64,000 nucleotides of DNA from an uncultured Gemmatimonadales bacterium (GTDB lineage Bacteria; Gemmatimonadota; Gemmatimonadetes; Longimicrobiales; Gaopeijiaceae), in assembly GCA_963809895.1 (NCBI GenBank), contig CAWELD010000010.1, positions 800,001-864,000 of the forward strand, written 5' to 3'. Shown here in pieces: positions 50,069 through 60,069 of the stretch. The notes beneath the pieces are model-generated. The model worked only from the letters and a program-made list of their open reading frames with translations, ran no database searches and had not been told where the DNA came from. The stretch's first letter is position 1. Each line of letters opens with the position of its first letter. The translations under genes were made by a program, and so were the position numbers.

Positions 50069-50915
50069 TCAGTCGGGAGCGCCACCAGGCTCGGGCGTCG
50101 AGTCAGAGGCGGCTCTGAGGCCCCGAAGCTCGGTGTCCAACGCATCCTTCAGGGCGCGGGCCGCCTCGAGCATGCGTTCGTCGGCCTGGCGCGATACCGA
50201 CGCCGACGTCATGCGCGTCATGAGTACGGAGCGGGCCTGCCCCCACGCGGGGTCCTCCCGCGACAGGCTCCACAGGGGATCGGGCTCATCCACGTAGCCG
50301 CCCTGGAGCCCCGCCGTCAGCAGAGAGTCCGACAGGCTCAGCCGCCGACCCCCGATTTCTTCGGGGAGCGGCATCGGTAGGATCAGCCCACTCGCCACCA
50401 ACGTCTGTACGTACAGTCCGTCGACGAAGGCGGCGTTGTTCCGGTTGAGCACCTCGGTCAGGGTCGTCGACTCGTCGTAGAAGCGGACGATCTGGTCACG
50501 AAGGCCCCGGTTCCTGATCAGACTCAGATTTCCGGTACTGACCAGGTCCTCGTAGGTCGCCTTCGAGAGCGCGGCCGTGCGCCGAACCATGAGGTCCGTG
50601 AGCGCCCAGCGGACCGAATCGGGCTCGGGTCCGGCGCGTCTCGAGCTGAAAGCCCTGTAGACGGTAAGGCCGTTCAGCTGTTGTGACCGCTCGTAGGCGA
50701 CGGCCTCCTCGAGGTCGGCCACGGTGTGGTCGAGGTCCCGGGACAGGAGCGCCAGGTAAGTCGCCTCCGTGGTCGCATCCCGGCGGCCCTCGTACCAGGC
50801 ATTGAGCGCCATCGCGACCAGCACGCCGGTCACGACGACCAGGAACTCCGCTCCGAACCAGCGCAAGCCGGAGTCCCCACGTCCGCGCGGAGCGGTTGGC
50901 TGGGGTTGGTGGCAT
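50069..50915 (-). CDS. Single-TM hypothetical protein; probable frameshift at 50875-50878
   Basis: WFGAEFLVVVTGVLVAMALNAW, YLALLSRDL, TYEDLVSTGNLSLIRN. ATG 50915 joins if one base of the 4-base run is removed. Confidence 0.7.
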
Positions 50916-51137
50916 GGAGGGATGCGCGTCGGACACGGACGGGGTGGATAGAGGAGGTTGAAGGGCTCTGTCGACCGGTGGCGCACGGTAGGCCGCGGGT
51001 CGAGGACGGGCAAGCGGGCGAGGGGGGGTGGTCGCCCTATGGCGGGATCCGGGCGCAATCCTCGCGTTAGAGGGATGAGGGCCGGGCGCTCCCGAATAGG
51101 GCGTCCGTCCGACCTCCACCTCGAGCCATGGATTGAC

Positions 51138-51470
51138 ATGAGCGTGCGACGTGCAGCCTGTGCAGCCGCCTCCGCCCTCGCCGCGGGGATCCTCCTCTCC
51201 TGTGCGGCCGGCGATGCGGCCGGCGTCCAGGACTACGAGCGGCGCTACGAGGATATCGCGGCCGATCTCGCCTCATCGCTCCAGGACGAGACAGCCCTCG
51301 AGGCGCTCCAGGACCGCGCGGATTCCCTCAGCGACGAGATCCGGCGCCACCGGCTGGACAACCGCGATCAACTCGACGACGACGAGTACGATCGGCTCCG
51401 GGAGCTGGGATCGGACCGCCCGGAGGACTATCCCCTCGTGAGTCGAGCCCAACCTGGTTCCTCAGCGTGA
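51138..51470 (+). CDS. Small acidic putative lipoprotein
   Basis: MSVRR...GILLSC lipobox, helical acidic body. Confidence 0.5.
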   Translation: MSVRRAACAAASALAAGILLSCAAGDAAGVQDYERRYEDIAADLASSLQDETALEALQDRADSLSDEIRRHRLDNRDQLDDDEYDRLRELGSDRPEDYPLVSRAQPGSSA

Positions 51471-51495
51471 TGGGCAGGAGATCGGGCGTTCGTGG

Positions 51496-52092
51496 TCACC
51501 CCGCCCCGGCGGCCTCGTGGAGTGCCCGTTCCAGCAGATCGGACACGCCCAGCCGACGCGCCCATGTGCTCAGGCGAGATTGGTCGAGGTGCGTACGCTG
51601 CATCCTCAGGATCGCGATCACATCGCGCCACTGGCGCTCCGACACCTCTCCGCCTCGTCGGAACCACTCGAGCTTCCGCAGCACCGAATGTTCGGCCGTA
51701 TCTACGTACGCGTGAGTCTCCGACTCGGTAGGCAGCTGCAGTGGCTGGCGTGCGTCCAGACGCTCGAGATCGAAGGGGTCGTCTCCCGCGAGGAAGAAGT
51801 CCACCTTCACCGCGGCGTTCATGTGGATCACGTTGAAGTGATGCCCTGATCTGATGGCCGCTCGGAGCGCCGGCTCGCTCACGTAGTAGTCACTCCGGAT
51901 CGCCTCGATGAAGGGTTCGACGTGCTCTGTGCGGAAGTCCACGAGGATGTCGACATCGTTGGTGGAACGGGGCTCGCCGTGCACTGAGCTCGCCAACGAC
52001 CCCCCGATGAGATAGCGCACACCGAGACGCTCCAGCACACCCGTGATCGAAGCAGCGACCTCGAGGGGGTCGGGAAGTTCAATGGGTCCCAT
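51496..52092 (-). CDS. Nucleotidyltransferase-fold protein (MenT1/Rv0078A-like toxin candidate)
   Basis: YLIGGSLASSVHGEPRSTNDVD, KVDFF, LRKLEW, RQWRDV. Confidence 0.8.
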   Translation of the reverse strand: MGPIELPDPLEVAASITGVLERLGVRYLIGGSLASSVHGEPRSTNDVDILVDFRTEHVEPFIEAIRSDYYVSEPALRAAIRSGHHFNVIHMNAAVKVDFFLAGDDPFDLERLDARQPLQLPTESETHAYVDTAEHSVLRKLEWFRRGGEVSERQWRDVIAILRMQRTHLDQSRLSTWARRLGVSDLLERALHEAAGAG

Positions 52093-52342
52093 CGGGCTCC
52101 GGAGCGCTTCCGTAGACGCGGGCGAAGGTCTCGGGCCCAAGCCGCTGCACGGCGAGTTGCCGCAGTTGCTCTGCATCGTCTGAGCGCGGTTCCCTCATCC
52201 GCCGTCCTGCCAGCGCCAGGCGAGCTACCGCCAACGTCAACTGGCGAACACGGCGGAGCTTGTCCGTGGGCGACATGCGGGCGTAGCGGGCGTCGAGCCG
52301 CTCAATGATGGCCGGGTCGGTGTCCTGGTGTGTCATGGTCAC
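52079..52342 (-). CDS. Small helical protein (Rv0078B/MenA1-like antitoxin candidate)
   Basis: MSPTDKLR...LAGRRMREPRSDDAE...LG; overlaps the NTase gene start by 14 nt. Confidence 0.7.
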   Translation of the reverse strand: MTMTHQDTDPAIIERLDARYARMSPTDKLRRVRQLTLAVARLALAGRRMREPRSDDAEQLRQLAVQRLGPETFARVYGSAPEPDGTH

Positions 52343-55335
52343 TGATCGGTCTTTGCCCTCAGCGCATCCAGACGCCGTTGAACGTCTTCGCGCTGGGGGA
52401 TGAGCGCGGAGTCCGCGTCGACCCGGTCCTTCACGAAGCGATCGTAATAGTAGATGGCCTGGAGGGTGCGGCCGGCTGCCTCGTGGATCCGCCCCAACCG
52501 CTCGTACGACGAAACCAGGAAGAGCTTGTCGGGCGGCGCGAAGTCGTTGACGATCCCTTCGTAGAAGTAGCGGGCCACCTCGGGGTCGCCACGTTCCAGC
52601 TCGAGCTCGGCGCGGAGGAAGCGCGCGTGCGAGCCGTGGGTGATGGAGAGGTCATTCGCGGTGGGCGGCACCTGGTAGGCAAGGGTGCGGAGCAGTTCCA
52701 ACGCCTTCTCGTGGTCTCCCTGGTGGTAGTAGAGGTCCGCGGCCAGCCCTCCGGCGGCGTCCTCCCTCAGCGACTCGAAGGCCGTGAAGTCGGGCATCTC
52801 CGAGATCCCCTGCTGGATCTCCCACGCTTCATCGAAACGTCCCTGCAGCGCCAGCAGCCGAGCGACGCTGACGTCGCGCTCGAGTGTCATCACGGCGGGC
52901 GTGAAGATGTCGTGGAGCGGTTCGAAGAGAGTCCGGAGTCGTTCCTGGGGATCGACCGTCTTCACCCGGGCGAGCACCTGCGCGAGCAGGGCCGAGTCGA
53001 CGGGGACGACCTCGGACGCCACCAATTCGGCGTCCCAGACGTTCCAGGTGGGCGTCCGTGGCCGCGAATCGTCCGCCAGGAAGGCGCGCACCCGATCGTA
53101 GCGGCCGGTTGCGATCCAGTACAACGCCTCGATCCACACGCTCAGGTCCGTGTCCACGACGACGCCCGCGGGAAGACCCGTAGCGGTGTTGACGGGGCCT
53201 CCGCGTTCCCGGGCCATAAGTGTCTCGACGTCGTGGGGGTCGTCGGAGAAGCGTAGCGCGTTGTACTCGGAATAGAGCCGCACGAGCAGCGACTGGTTGG
53301 CGAAGTCAGCCGTGTAGCGTGCGAGGGCGACGGAGTCCTTGAGGGCGAATGCCGCCATGGTCCCCACGTCGACAGCCCATTCCGTGTTGGGTGCCACCCG
53401 ATCCAGGGCCCGGGAGCGTGCGAGGAGCGAGTCGTAGCGGCCAGCGGCGGCGTCGAGGCGTCCGAGGTTGTGCAGCGCCGGGACGTTGTCCGGCTCGAGG
53501 GCGAGGACGCGCTCGAAATACGGAGTCGCCTGATCCATGGGGCGTCCCCACCGGGGGTTCGCACGCGTGTATACCACCGCGAGCTGGAGCAGGGCCTTCA
53601 CCTCGTCCGGGTAGCGCTGCAAGTGGGCGACGTACCCCTGCGCGGCGGCGGTTTCGCGGCCCGATTGCTGGTCGAGGAACGCGGCGGCGAGGGAGCGGTC
53701 TCGTTCCGGCAGATCACCCGAATAGCGCATCGCCTTCACCGCCGCCACGTAGTCGTCCGTGTCGTAGGTGTAGGCGTTGTTCATGCTCTTCATGAGATGG
53801 GCGAGCGCGAACGTGGAGTCGTAGGTCAGGGCGCGGTTGTAGGCCGCCGAGGCGCTGTCGAACTGGCCGTGCCGGTGGAACTGCTCTCCCCGTAGGAACT
53901 CCTTGGTGGCCTGGATCGAGCGGGAGCTCTGGGCGGCGCTCCGCTGGATCCGGGCGTTCGCGCCGCTCAGCGAGGTCTCCAGCAACCCGGCTGCGAGGCG
54001 ATCCACGAGAGTGAAGAGGCTGTCGACGCTTCCCTCGACGGTGACCAGGGGCGCCTCGACGGCGGCTGGGCCGACCCCGCGCATCCGGGCGGAGATGCTC
54101 ACCCGGCCGAGCTGGCCCACGACCTGCCCGCTGACGAAACGGCCCGCGCCGAGGGCGGCCGCCAGCTCGGCGCCACGGGCCGCGTCCATGGGCTGGTCCG
54201 ACCCCTGGCCGGTCCGCCCCACCACGGCCCGTGGATCGACCGTGCGCAGGGGGCCGGCTCCGTCGAGTCGGCCGGCCACCAGGTCCATGAGGCCTTCCGA
54301 GAGGTACGCGAGCTCGGGGGTCCCGTTCACGGTGAAGGGGAGGACGGCGATCACGTCATGCCTGTTCTCGGGCGTCCCGTCCGCAGGCGACGACGGGTGG
54401 CGAATCGCGTATGTGGCTGCGAGGGCCGCGACGAACACGGCAGCGGCGCCGGGAAGGGCCCATCGCTTCAGGGGGCGGGAGTCGTGCGCCTCTGATGCGG
54501 CCAGGGTCGCACGCCCCGAGCCCCCGGTCGCCCCTTCGAGGGCGTCGAGGAACTCGGAGGCGTCGGCGTAGCGCCGGGCCGGCTCCTTTTCCATGGCCCG
54601 TTGGATCGTCGCAGCCAGGGCGGGCGGTATGCCCCTCCCCAGATCGGCCAGGGGTGGAGGCTCGGTGGTGAGGATGAGGTTGAGGAGCGCCAGGGAATTG
54701 GAAGCCCGGAATGGGGGCTGCCCTGCGAGCATTTCGTAGGCCATGACGCCAAGGGACCAGACGTCGGAGGCGGGCGTCACCTCATGGCCGGAAGCCTGCT
54801 CCGGGCTCATGTATGCGGCGGTGCCGAGGGTGGTCCCGGTCGCCGTCAGAGATTCCCCGGTCTGGAGCTTGGCGAGGCCGAAGTCCAGGAGACGCACGTC
54901 GTCGTCGTCGCCCACCATGACGTTGGCAGGCTTGATGTCACGGTGGACGATGCCGGCGGCATGCGCGCGCTTCAGGGCCTGCGCCACCTGCCGGACGATG
55001 TGCACCGTGCGCTCGACGGTGAAGGCCTCCTGCTTCAGGCGGCGCTGGAGCGTATCGCCGTCGTAGAGCGCCATGACGAGGTAGAGCTCGCCCTCGTCCG
55101 TCTCACCGACGTCGTGGATCGTGCAGATGTTGGGGTGGTCGAGGGCAGATGCGGCCTTCGCTTCGCGGATGAAGCGCGACTTGGCGTCGGGGTCGCTGAC
55201 CAGCCGGCGCGCCAGGAACTTGATCGCCACAGGGCGGTCCAGACGGGTGTCCACGGCGCGGTACACGTCGCCCATCCCGCCCTGACCGAGCAGGTCGCCC
55301 AGTCGGTAATGCCCGATGGTGACGCCGGTGCGCAT
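52339..55335 (-). CDS. Hanks-type Ser/Thr kinase with TM, TolB-N-like and TPR domains
   Basis: LGQGGMGDV, HRDIKPAN, DFGLAK, GTAAYMSPE, IAVLPF, TPR-like helices. Confidence 0.95.
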   Translation of the reverse strand: MRTGVTIGHYRLGDLLGQGGMGDVYRAVDTRLDRPVAIKFLARRLVSDPDAKSRFIREAKAASALDHPNICTIHDVGETDEGELYLVMALYDGDTLQRRLKQEAFTVERTVHIVRQVAQALKRAHAAGIVHRDIKPANVMVGDDDDVRLLDFGLAKLQTGESLTATGTTLGTAAYMSPEQASGHEVTPASDVWSLGVMAYEMLAGQPPFRASNSLALLNLILTTEPPPLADLGRGIPPALAATIQRAMEKEPARRYADASEFLDALEGATGGSGRATLAASEAHDSRPLKRWALPGAAAVFVAALAATYAIRHPSSPADGTPENRHDVIAVLPFTVNGTPELAYLSEGLMDLVAGRLDGAGPLRTVDPRAVVGRTGQGSDQPMDAARGAELAAALGAGRFVSGQVVGQLGRVSISARMRGVGPAAVEAPLVTVEGSVDSLFTLVDRLAAGLLETSLSGANARIQRSAAQSSRSIQATKEFLRGEQFHRHGQFDSASAAYNRALTYDSTFALAHLMKSMNNAYTYDTDDYVAAVKAMRYSGDLPERDRSLAAAFLDQQSGRETAAAQGYVAHLQRYPDEVKALLQLAVVYTRANPRWGRPMDQATPYFERVLALEPDNVPALHNLGRLDAAAGRYDSLLARSRALDRVAPNTEWAVDVGTMAAFALKDSVALARYTADFANQSLLVRLYSEYNALRFSDDPHDVETLMARERGGPVNTATGLPAGVVVDTDLSVWIEALYWIATGRYDRVRAFLADDSRPRTPTWNVWDAELVASEVVPVDSALLAQVLARVKTVDPQERLRTLFEPLHDIFTPAVMTLERDVSVARLLALQGRFDEAWEIQQGISEMPDFTAFESLREDAAGGLAADLYYHQGDHEKALELLRTLAYQVPPTANDLSITHGSHARFLRAELELERGDPEVARYFYEGIVNDFAPPDKLFLVSSYERLGRIHEAAGRTLQAIYYYDRFVKDRVDADSALIPQREDVQRRLDALRAKTDQ

Positions 55336-55722
55336 GGAGGCGGGATTCCGGTAGGGTGGCCTGCTTCAGCGGGGGACTCGCAAGGTGGTTTCCCTCCGCC
55401 TGCGGTGTCAAACGGACGGGGCCCCGGTCGGTGGAAGGTCCGTGGGCGGAGTCGAGCGTCGCGCGGGCCGCGCGGACCGGCATCGGGGTGACGTGCAACC
55501 CGACCCCCACATACCGCATTTCTCGACCAAAGGACGAGTGAACTCGGTGAGCGGGTTGAATCGGGGCAGCCGTCGTGGTCGTGGACGGGACAGGGGAGAT
55601 TCGACCCGGTGGGCGAGTGGAACAGACCAAACGTCGCGCGCCGGCGCACGTTCGGTCCCGGAGTGACGTCGGGTCCGTGGACGCGGTCGCTTCCCGCGCG
55701 CCGCGTGGCGGGGCGGGTGCCC

Positions 55723-56677
55723 TCATCCACGTCCGCTGCCGAACGCTCGCCCCAGCGTGAAGAGGAGCTCCCCGGACCTCCGTTCGATCTGCGTCCAGGT
55801 GACGCGCACCACCCGATAGCCACGGGCGGCGAGATCGGCGTCGCGCCGCCGGTCCGCCTCGAATGAGAGGCGGGACGCGTGATAGGGGAACCCGTCGATC
55901 TCCACGACCAGTCGGGCGGCGGGCCAGAAGAAGTCCACCTCGTGGCCGGCCACCCGCACGTTCGTCTTCACCTTCGGCAGCTTGGCCTTTCGGACCAGTG
56001 AGAGGAAGCGCTCCTCGGCTTCCGAGCGAGTGAAGGCCGGGTCGCCCGCGTCGAGGAGCGCCCGAAGGCGCCCTGTGCCGGGCTGCCGCCGATGGCGTTC
56101 GACGAGCGCCCGGAGGGTCGGCGGTCGTAATGGCCTCCAGGCCCAGTGCTTTGGCGAAGGCCTGCTCGAGCATGCGGTCGCGGATCGTTCGGGTGGCCGC
56201 CAGGTCGAGGAGCGTGCGGGCGGGGGTGGTGATGGGGATGGCGTCGTGGACCGTGGTCTCGTCGTCCGGCATGCCGCGACATTGATGCACCTGGACGCCG
56301 GAACGTCGGCGCTTGCCGCGACGGACGCTGATGTGGATGGGCTCGGACGGGTTGGCACTCGGCAGCAGGCCGAGAATGCCGGCAGCTGTCCGATGGCTGA
56401 CGACCGCGGTCGGCCCGCAGGCCAGGCAGGCGGCCATGACGGTCGCCAGGGGTGGCAGGATCGGCCCGACCAGGTAGACGCCACGATGGGCCGGCCGCAA
56501 TCCCCCGGATTGAATGCGGCCGTTGACCTGACCCCGGGAGATCCCGGCCGCCAGGAGCTGAGCTCGGGTCACCACCCCGTGCTGGCGCTCCGCGAGGGCG
56601 TAGATGGTGGCGGTCACGCTAGCCGAACCCGCGTCCTTGCGACGGGCGGATGTGTTGGGCTGCTGCGAACGTTCCAT
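55723..56677 (-). CDS. AbiEi-like N-domain + DUF559 endonuclease-fold protein, frameshifted at 56115-56117
   Basis: LAERQHGVVTRAQL, HRGVY, SHRTAA, TTPARTLLDL; then TRSEAE, EVDFFWP, VEIDG...H, DRRRD. Confidence 0.88.
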
Positions 56678-56988
56678 GCGTGGCCACCTCCAGGGCGAGA
56701 GGGATGATTCGGCGGGCCAGGAAGGACGAAGGTCGGCGGCGCCATCGCCCCCTGCGTCGCGAGCCCGGCTTCGACACCGATGGCGCGTCAAACACGGCCA
56801 GCCGCCCATGGACGTCCCACGCGCAGTCCCGGCGAGCCGTCGCCCTCGAAGAACGCTGGATCCATGGGGCCCTGGCATGGCGGAATGCGCCGGAGCCGGA
56901 GCCGGCGGCGGCATTGCGGCACACCTGGCCGCGTAGCGGCGGCCGGCACCGTTCCAACCCTGCAACGGCCTCTCCCGTCTCATAGTAC

Positions 56989-57013
56989 GACAATGCTATA
57001 CTATAGCGTTGTC
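56989..57013. promoter_or_regulatory. Inverted repeat, candidate PadR operator
   Basis: GACAATGCTATA-C-TATAGCGTTGTC (12-bp arms, 1 mismatch), 33 bp upstream of padR. Confidence 0.6.
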
Positions 57014-57046
57014 AGCTTAGGCTACGCCGATCGTCGGAGGGGAGTC

Positions 57047-57373
57047 GTGGGCCGCACCACACTGGGCGAGTTCGAGCACCAGGTGCTCCTGACCATCCTA
57101 CGTCTGGAGGGTGAGTCGTACTCCGTGCCCATCGTCGCCGAATTGGAGGCGCGTACGGGACGGGAGGCCGCCACCTCGGCGGTCTACGTGGCGCTTCGGC
57201 GTCTGGAGGCCAAGGAGATGCTCACCTCCAGACTGGAATCCCCGGAAGAGAGCGGTGAGCCCTACCCACGCCGCTACTTCGCGCTCACCGAGTCCGCACT
57301 CGAGCCCTTGAAGGAGGCGCGCCAGGCGTTCTTGAGCCTCTGGGACGGGCTGGAGCCGGCGTTGGACGACTGA
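57047..57373 (+). CDS. PadR family transcriptional regulator
   Basis: LGEFEHQVL, AVYVALRRLE, RRYFALT; GGAG RBS. Confidence 0.93.
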   Translation: MGRTTLGEFEHQVLLTILRLEGESYSVPIVAELEARTGREAATSAVYVALRRLEAKEMLTSRLESPEESGEPYPRRYFALTESALEPLKEARQAFLSLWDGLEPALDD

Positions 57374-57390
57374 GAGGATCGAGAGGACGC

Positions 57391-60063
57391 ATGTGGGGGG
57401 ACGGGAAGGAAGCTGGACCGCCGGCCGTGGCCCGCTGGGTACTTCGGCGGGTGGTGGGAAGGGCGGAGGCCCCGGTGGTCGAAGGAGAGCTGGCCGAGGC
57501 CTTTCGCGCACGCGCTGCGAAAGACGGCGTCGGTCGCGCCCGCTGGTGGTATCGGCGCCAGGTTCTGGGATTCGTGCTCCGTGCCCCGGCGGCGCGGCGC
57601 GCCCAACGGGAGGAGGGGAGGATGGGGGTCTTCGGAGACGTGGGACGGGATCTGGCGTGGGCGGTGCGAGGGCTGCGGCGGCGGCCGACGTTCACGGTGG
57701 TGGCGGTGCTCACACTGGCGCTGGGGATCGGGTCCAACTCGGCGATCTTCACCCTGCTGAGCGCCCATTTCCTCGCGCCGCTCCCGTATGATCGCCCCGA
57801 CGATCTGGTCCTCATCTGGGAGGCGGACCGGGCTACCGGCGAGGTCACGACGGTTTCGCCCGGGAACTACTACGCCTGGAAGGAGACGGCGCGGTCGCTG
57901 AGCGCTGTGGCTGCCTTCAACGTGGACGGCGTCACCCTTTCAGGAGAGGGGGGAGCCGCGGAGGAAGTGGCGGCCAGCATCGTCACGCCCGACTTCTTCT
58001 CCGTCCTGGGCGTGCAGCCCGAGTTGGGCTCGACCTTCACCGCCGAGTCGGCCCGCCAGGCCTCCGGGGACCTGGTGCTGCTGAGCCATCCCTTGTGGGT
58101 GGGCCGATACGGGAGCGATCCGGCGATCGTGGGGCGCACCGTCCGCATCGACGGGCGGCCTCACACGGTAGTGGGGGTCATGCCGGCCACCTTCCGGCAG
58201 CCGGAGCGCCAACTGAGTTGGCAGGGCGCCCGCCTGTGGCGTCCGCTCCTCCTGGACGGGGAGCACGACGACTTCGAGTTCCGCTACCTGCGCACCGTGG
58301 CCCGCATCGCACCGGGATCCACCCTGGACCAGGTGCGCGCCGAGATGACAGGGCTGTCGGAGCGACTGACCGAGGCCCACCCGGACCAGAACGGGGCGTG
58401 GACGGTCACGGTGCGCACCCTGGACGACTACCTGCTCGGGGACGCCCGGCCGATCCTGCTGCTGCTCCTCGCCGCCGGTGCGGCGATCCTGCTCATCGTG
58501 TGCGCGAACGTGGCCAATCTCACCCTGGCCCGAGGACAGGAGCGCCACCGGGAATTCGCGGTCAGGACGGCACTTGGGGCCGGCGGCGGGCGCCTGGTGC
58601 GTCAGGTCCTGGTGGAAGGCCTCGTGTTGGCCGCGGCTGGCGCCGCCGTGGGGATGGTGCTGGTGTACGCCACGCACGGTACGCTCCAGGCCGTGCAGCG
58701 TCGCTATTTCTCCGGCCTCGTGGACGTCGCGGTGAATGGGTGGGTCGTGGGGCTCACCTCGGCGGTGGCGCTTGGGGCGGGCCTCCTGTTCGCGCTCCCC
58801 CTGGCCCGGACGGCGGCCGCGGACGGCGTCGCGGGTACGCTGAGGGAAGGAGACGCCCGGGGCGGATCCGGACGGCGCGCTGCCAGGACCCGCGACCTGC
58901 TCATCGTCGGCCAGGTGGCGCTGGCTACCACGCTCCTGGTGGCGTCTGCGCTGCTGACCCGGTCCTTCGACGCCCTGGTGAACGTTCCGCCGGGCTTCGA
59001 CCCGGCCGGGCGTGTGACCTTCGACCTCTACCCACCTCGCACGACCTATCCGGACTACCCGGCCGTCCAGCGCTACTACCAGGAGATCCGGCGCACCGTG
59101 GAAGCGGTGCCGGGGGTGACGGCCATGTCCATGACCTCGGACCTGCCCTTCACGTCGGAGAATCGATGGACTCCGTTCGGCGTGGAGGGCACGCCGTACG
59201 ACGAGTCCACCGCTCCCAAGGCCGACTACCACTCGGTGCTCCCCGACTACTTCCAGGTCATGGGGATCCCTCTGGTGCAAGGGCGGATCTTCGACGAGAT
59301 GTGGGATCCGGTGCCCATGGAGGGCGCGCCGGTGGTGGTCAACCGACGCATGGCGTCCATGCTCGCGCCCGATGGCGACCCGTTGGGGCGCGGGCTTCAA
59401 CTCGTACGCGACGACAGCACCATCACGCTGCGCGTGGTGGGCGTGGTGGAGGATGTCCTGGATGACGGGTACGCCGCTCACCCCGAGCCCATCTTCTACC
59501 TGCCCGTCGCCGTCAGCCCCCCACGTGGCATGTCCATGGTTGTTCGGCTGCAGGGTGAGGTGGGCCCGGTGATGGGCCGTATCCGTCAGGCCGTGGCCTC
59601 CGTGGACCCCGACATCCCGGCGGGAGGACTGCGCACGCTGGACGCACTGCTGGCGGAGACCGTGGCCCGGCCCAGGGCGGCGTCACGCCTGGGAAGCCTG
59701 CTGGCGCTGCTCGCGCTCCTGGTGGCCGCAGCCGGCATCTACGGCGTGCTCAGCTACGCGGTGCAGAGCCGGACCCGGGAGATCGGAATCCGCGCGGCGT
59801 TGGGCGCCGACGGCGGGCGCCTCATGTCCATGGTGCTGGGGCACTCCACGCGCCTGCTCACGGTGGGACTGGTGCTGGGGCTGGCGGGGGCGCTCGCGGT
59901 CGGCGGCGCGCTGTCGGGGATGCTCTTCGGCGTGCGAAGCTGGGATCCCCTCAGTCTTCTGGCAGCCGTTGTGATCCTTGGGTTCGTGGGAACGTTGGCG
60001 GCGTGGGTGCCGGCGCGCCGGGCCGTGCACATCGATCCCAGGGAGGCGCTGCGCGCGGACTAG
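57391..60063 (+). CDS. ADOP family duplicated ABC permease (MacB/FtsX x2)
   Basis: TLALGIGSNSAIF, CANVANL...REFAVRTALGA, GIYGV...RTREIGIRAALGA, PARRA..IDP.EALR. Confidence 0.95.
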   Translation: MWGDGKEAGPPAVARWVLRRVVGRAEAPVVEGELAEAFRARAAKDGVGRARWWYRRQVLGFVLRAPAARRAQREEGRMGVFGDVGRDLAWAVRGLRRRPTFTVVAVLTLALGIGSNSAIFTLLSAHFLAPLPYDRPDDLVLIWEADRATGEVTTVSPGNYYAWKETARSLSAVAAFNVDGVTLSGEGGAAEEVAASIVTPDFFSVLGVQPELGSTFTAESARQASGDLVLLSHPLWVGRYGSDPAIVGRTVRIDGRPHTVVGVMPATFRQPERQLSWQGARLWRPLLLDGEHDDFEFRYLRTVARIAPGSTLDQVRAEMTGLSERLTEAHPDQNGAWTVTVRTLDDYLLGDARPILLLLLAAGAAILLIVCANVANLTLARGQERHREFAVRTALGAGGGRLVRQVLVEGLVLAAAGAAVGMVLVYATHGTLQAVQRRYFSGLVDVAVNGWVVGLTSAVALGAGLLFALPLARTAAADGVAGTLREGDARGGSGRRAARTRDLLIVGQVALATTLLVASALLTRSFDALVNVPPGFDPAGRVTFDLYPPRTTYPDYPAVQRYYQEIRRTVEAVPGVTAMSMTSDLPFTSENRWTPFGVEGTPYDESTAPKADYHSVLPDYFQVMGIPLVQGRIFDEMWDPVPMEGAPVVVNRRMASMLAPDGDPLGRGLQLVRDDSTITLRVVGVVEDVLDDGYAAHPEPIFYLPVAVSPPRGMSMVVRLQGEVGPVMGRIRQAVASVDPDIPAGGLRTLDALLAETVARPRAASRLGSLLALLALLVAAAGIYGVLSYAVQSRTREIGIRAALGADGGRLMSMVLGHSTRLLTVGLVLGLAGALAVGGALSGMLFGVRSWDPLSLLAAVVILGFVGTLAAWVPARRAVHIDPREALRAD

Positions 60064-60069
60064 CAGCGG

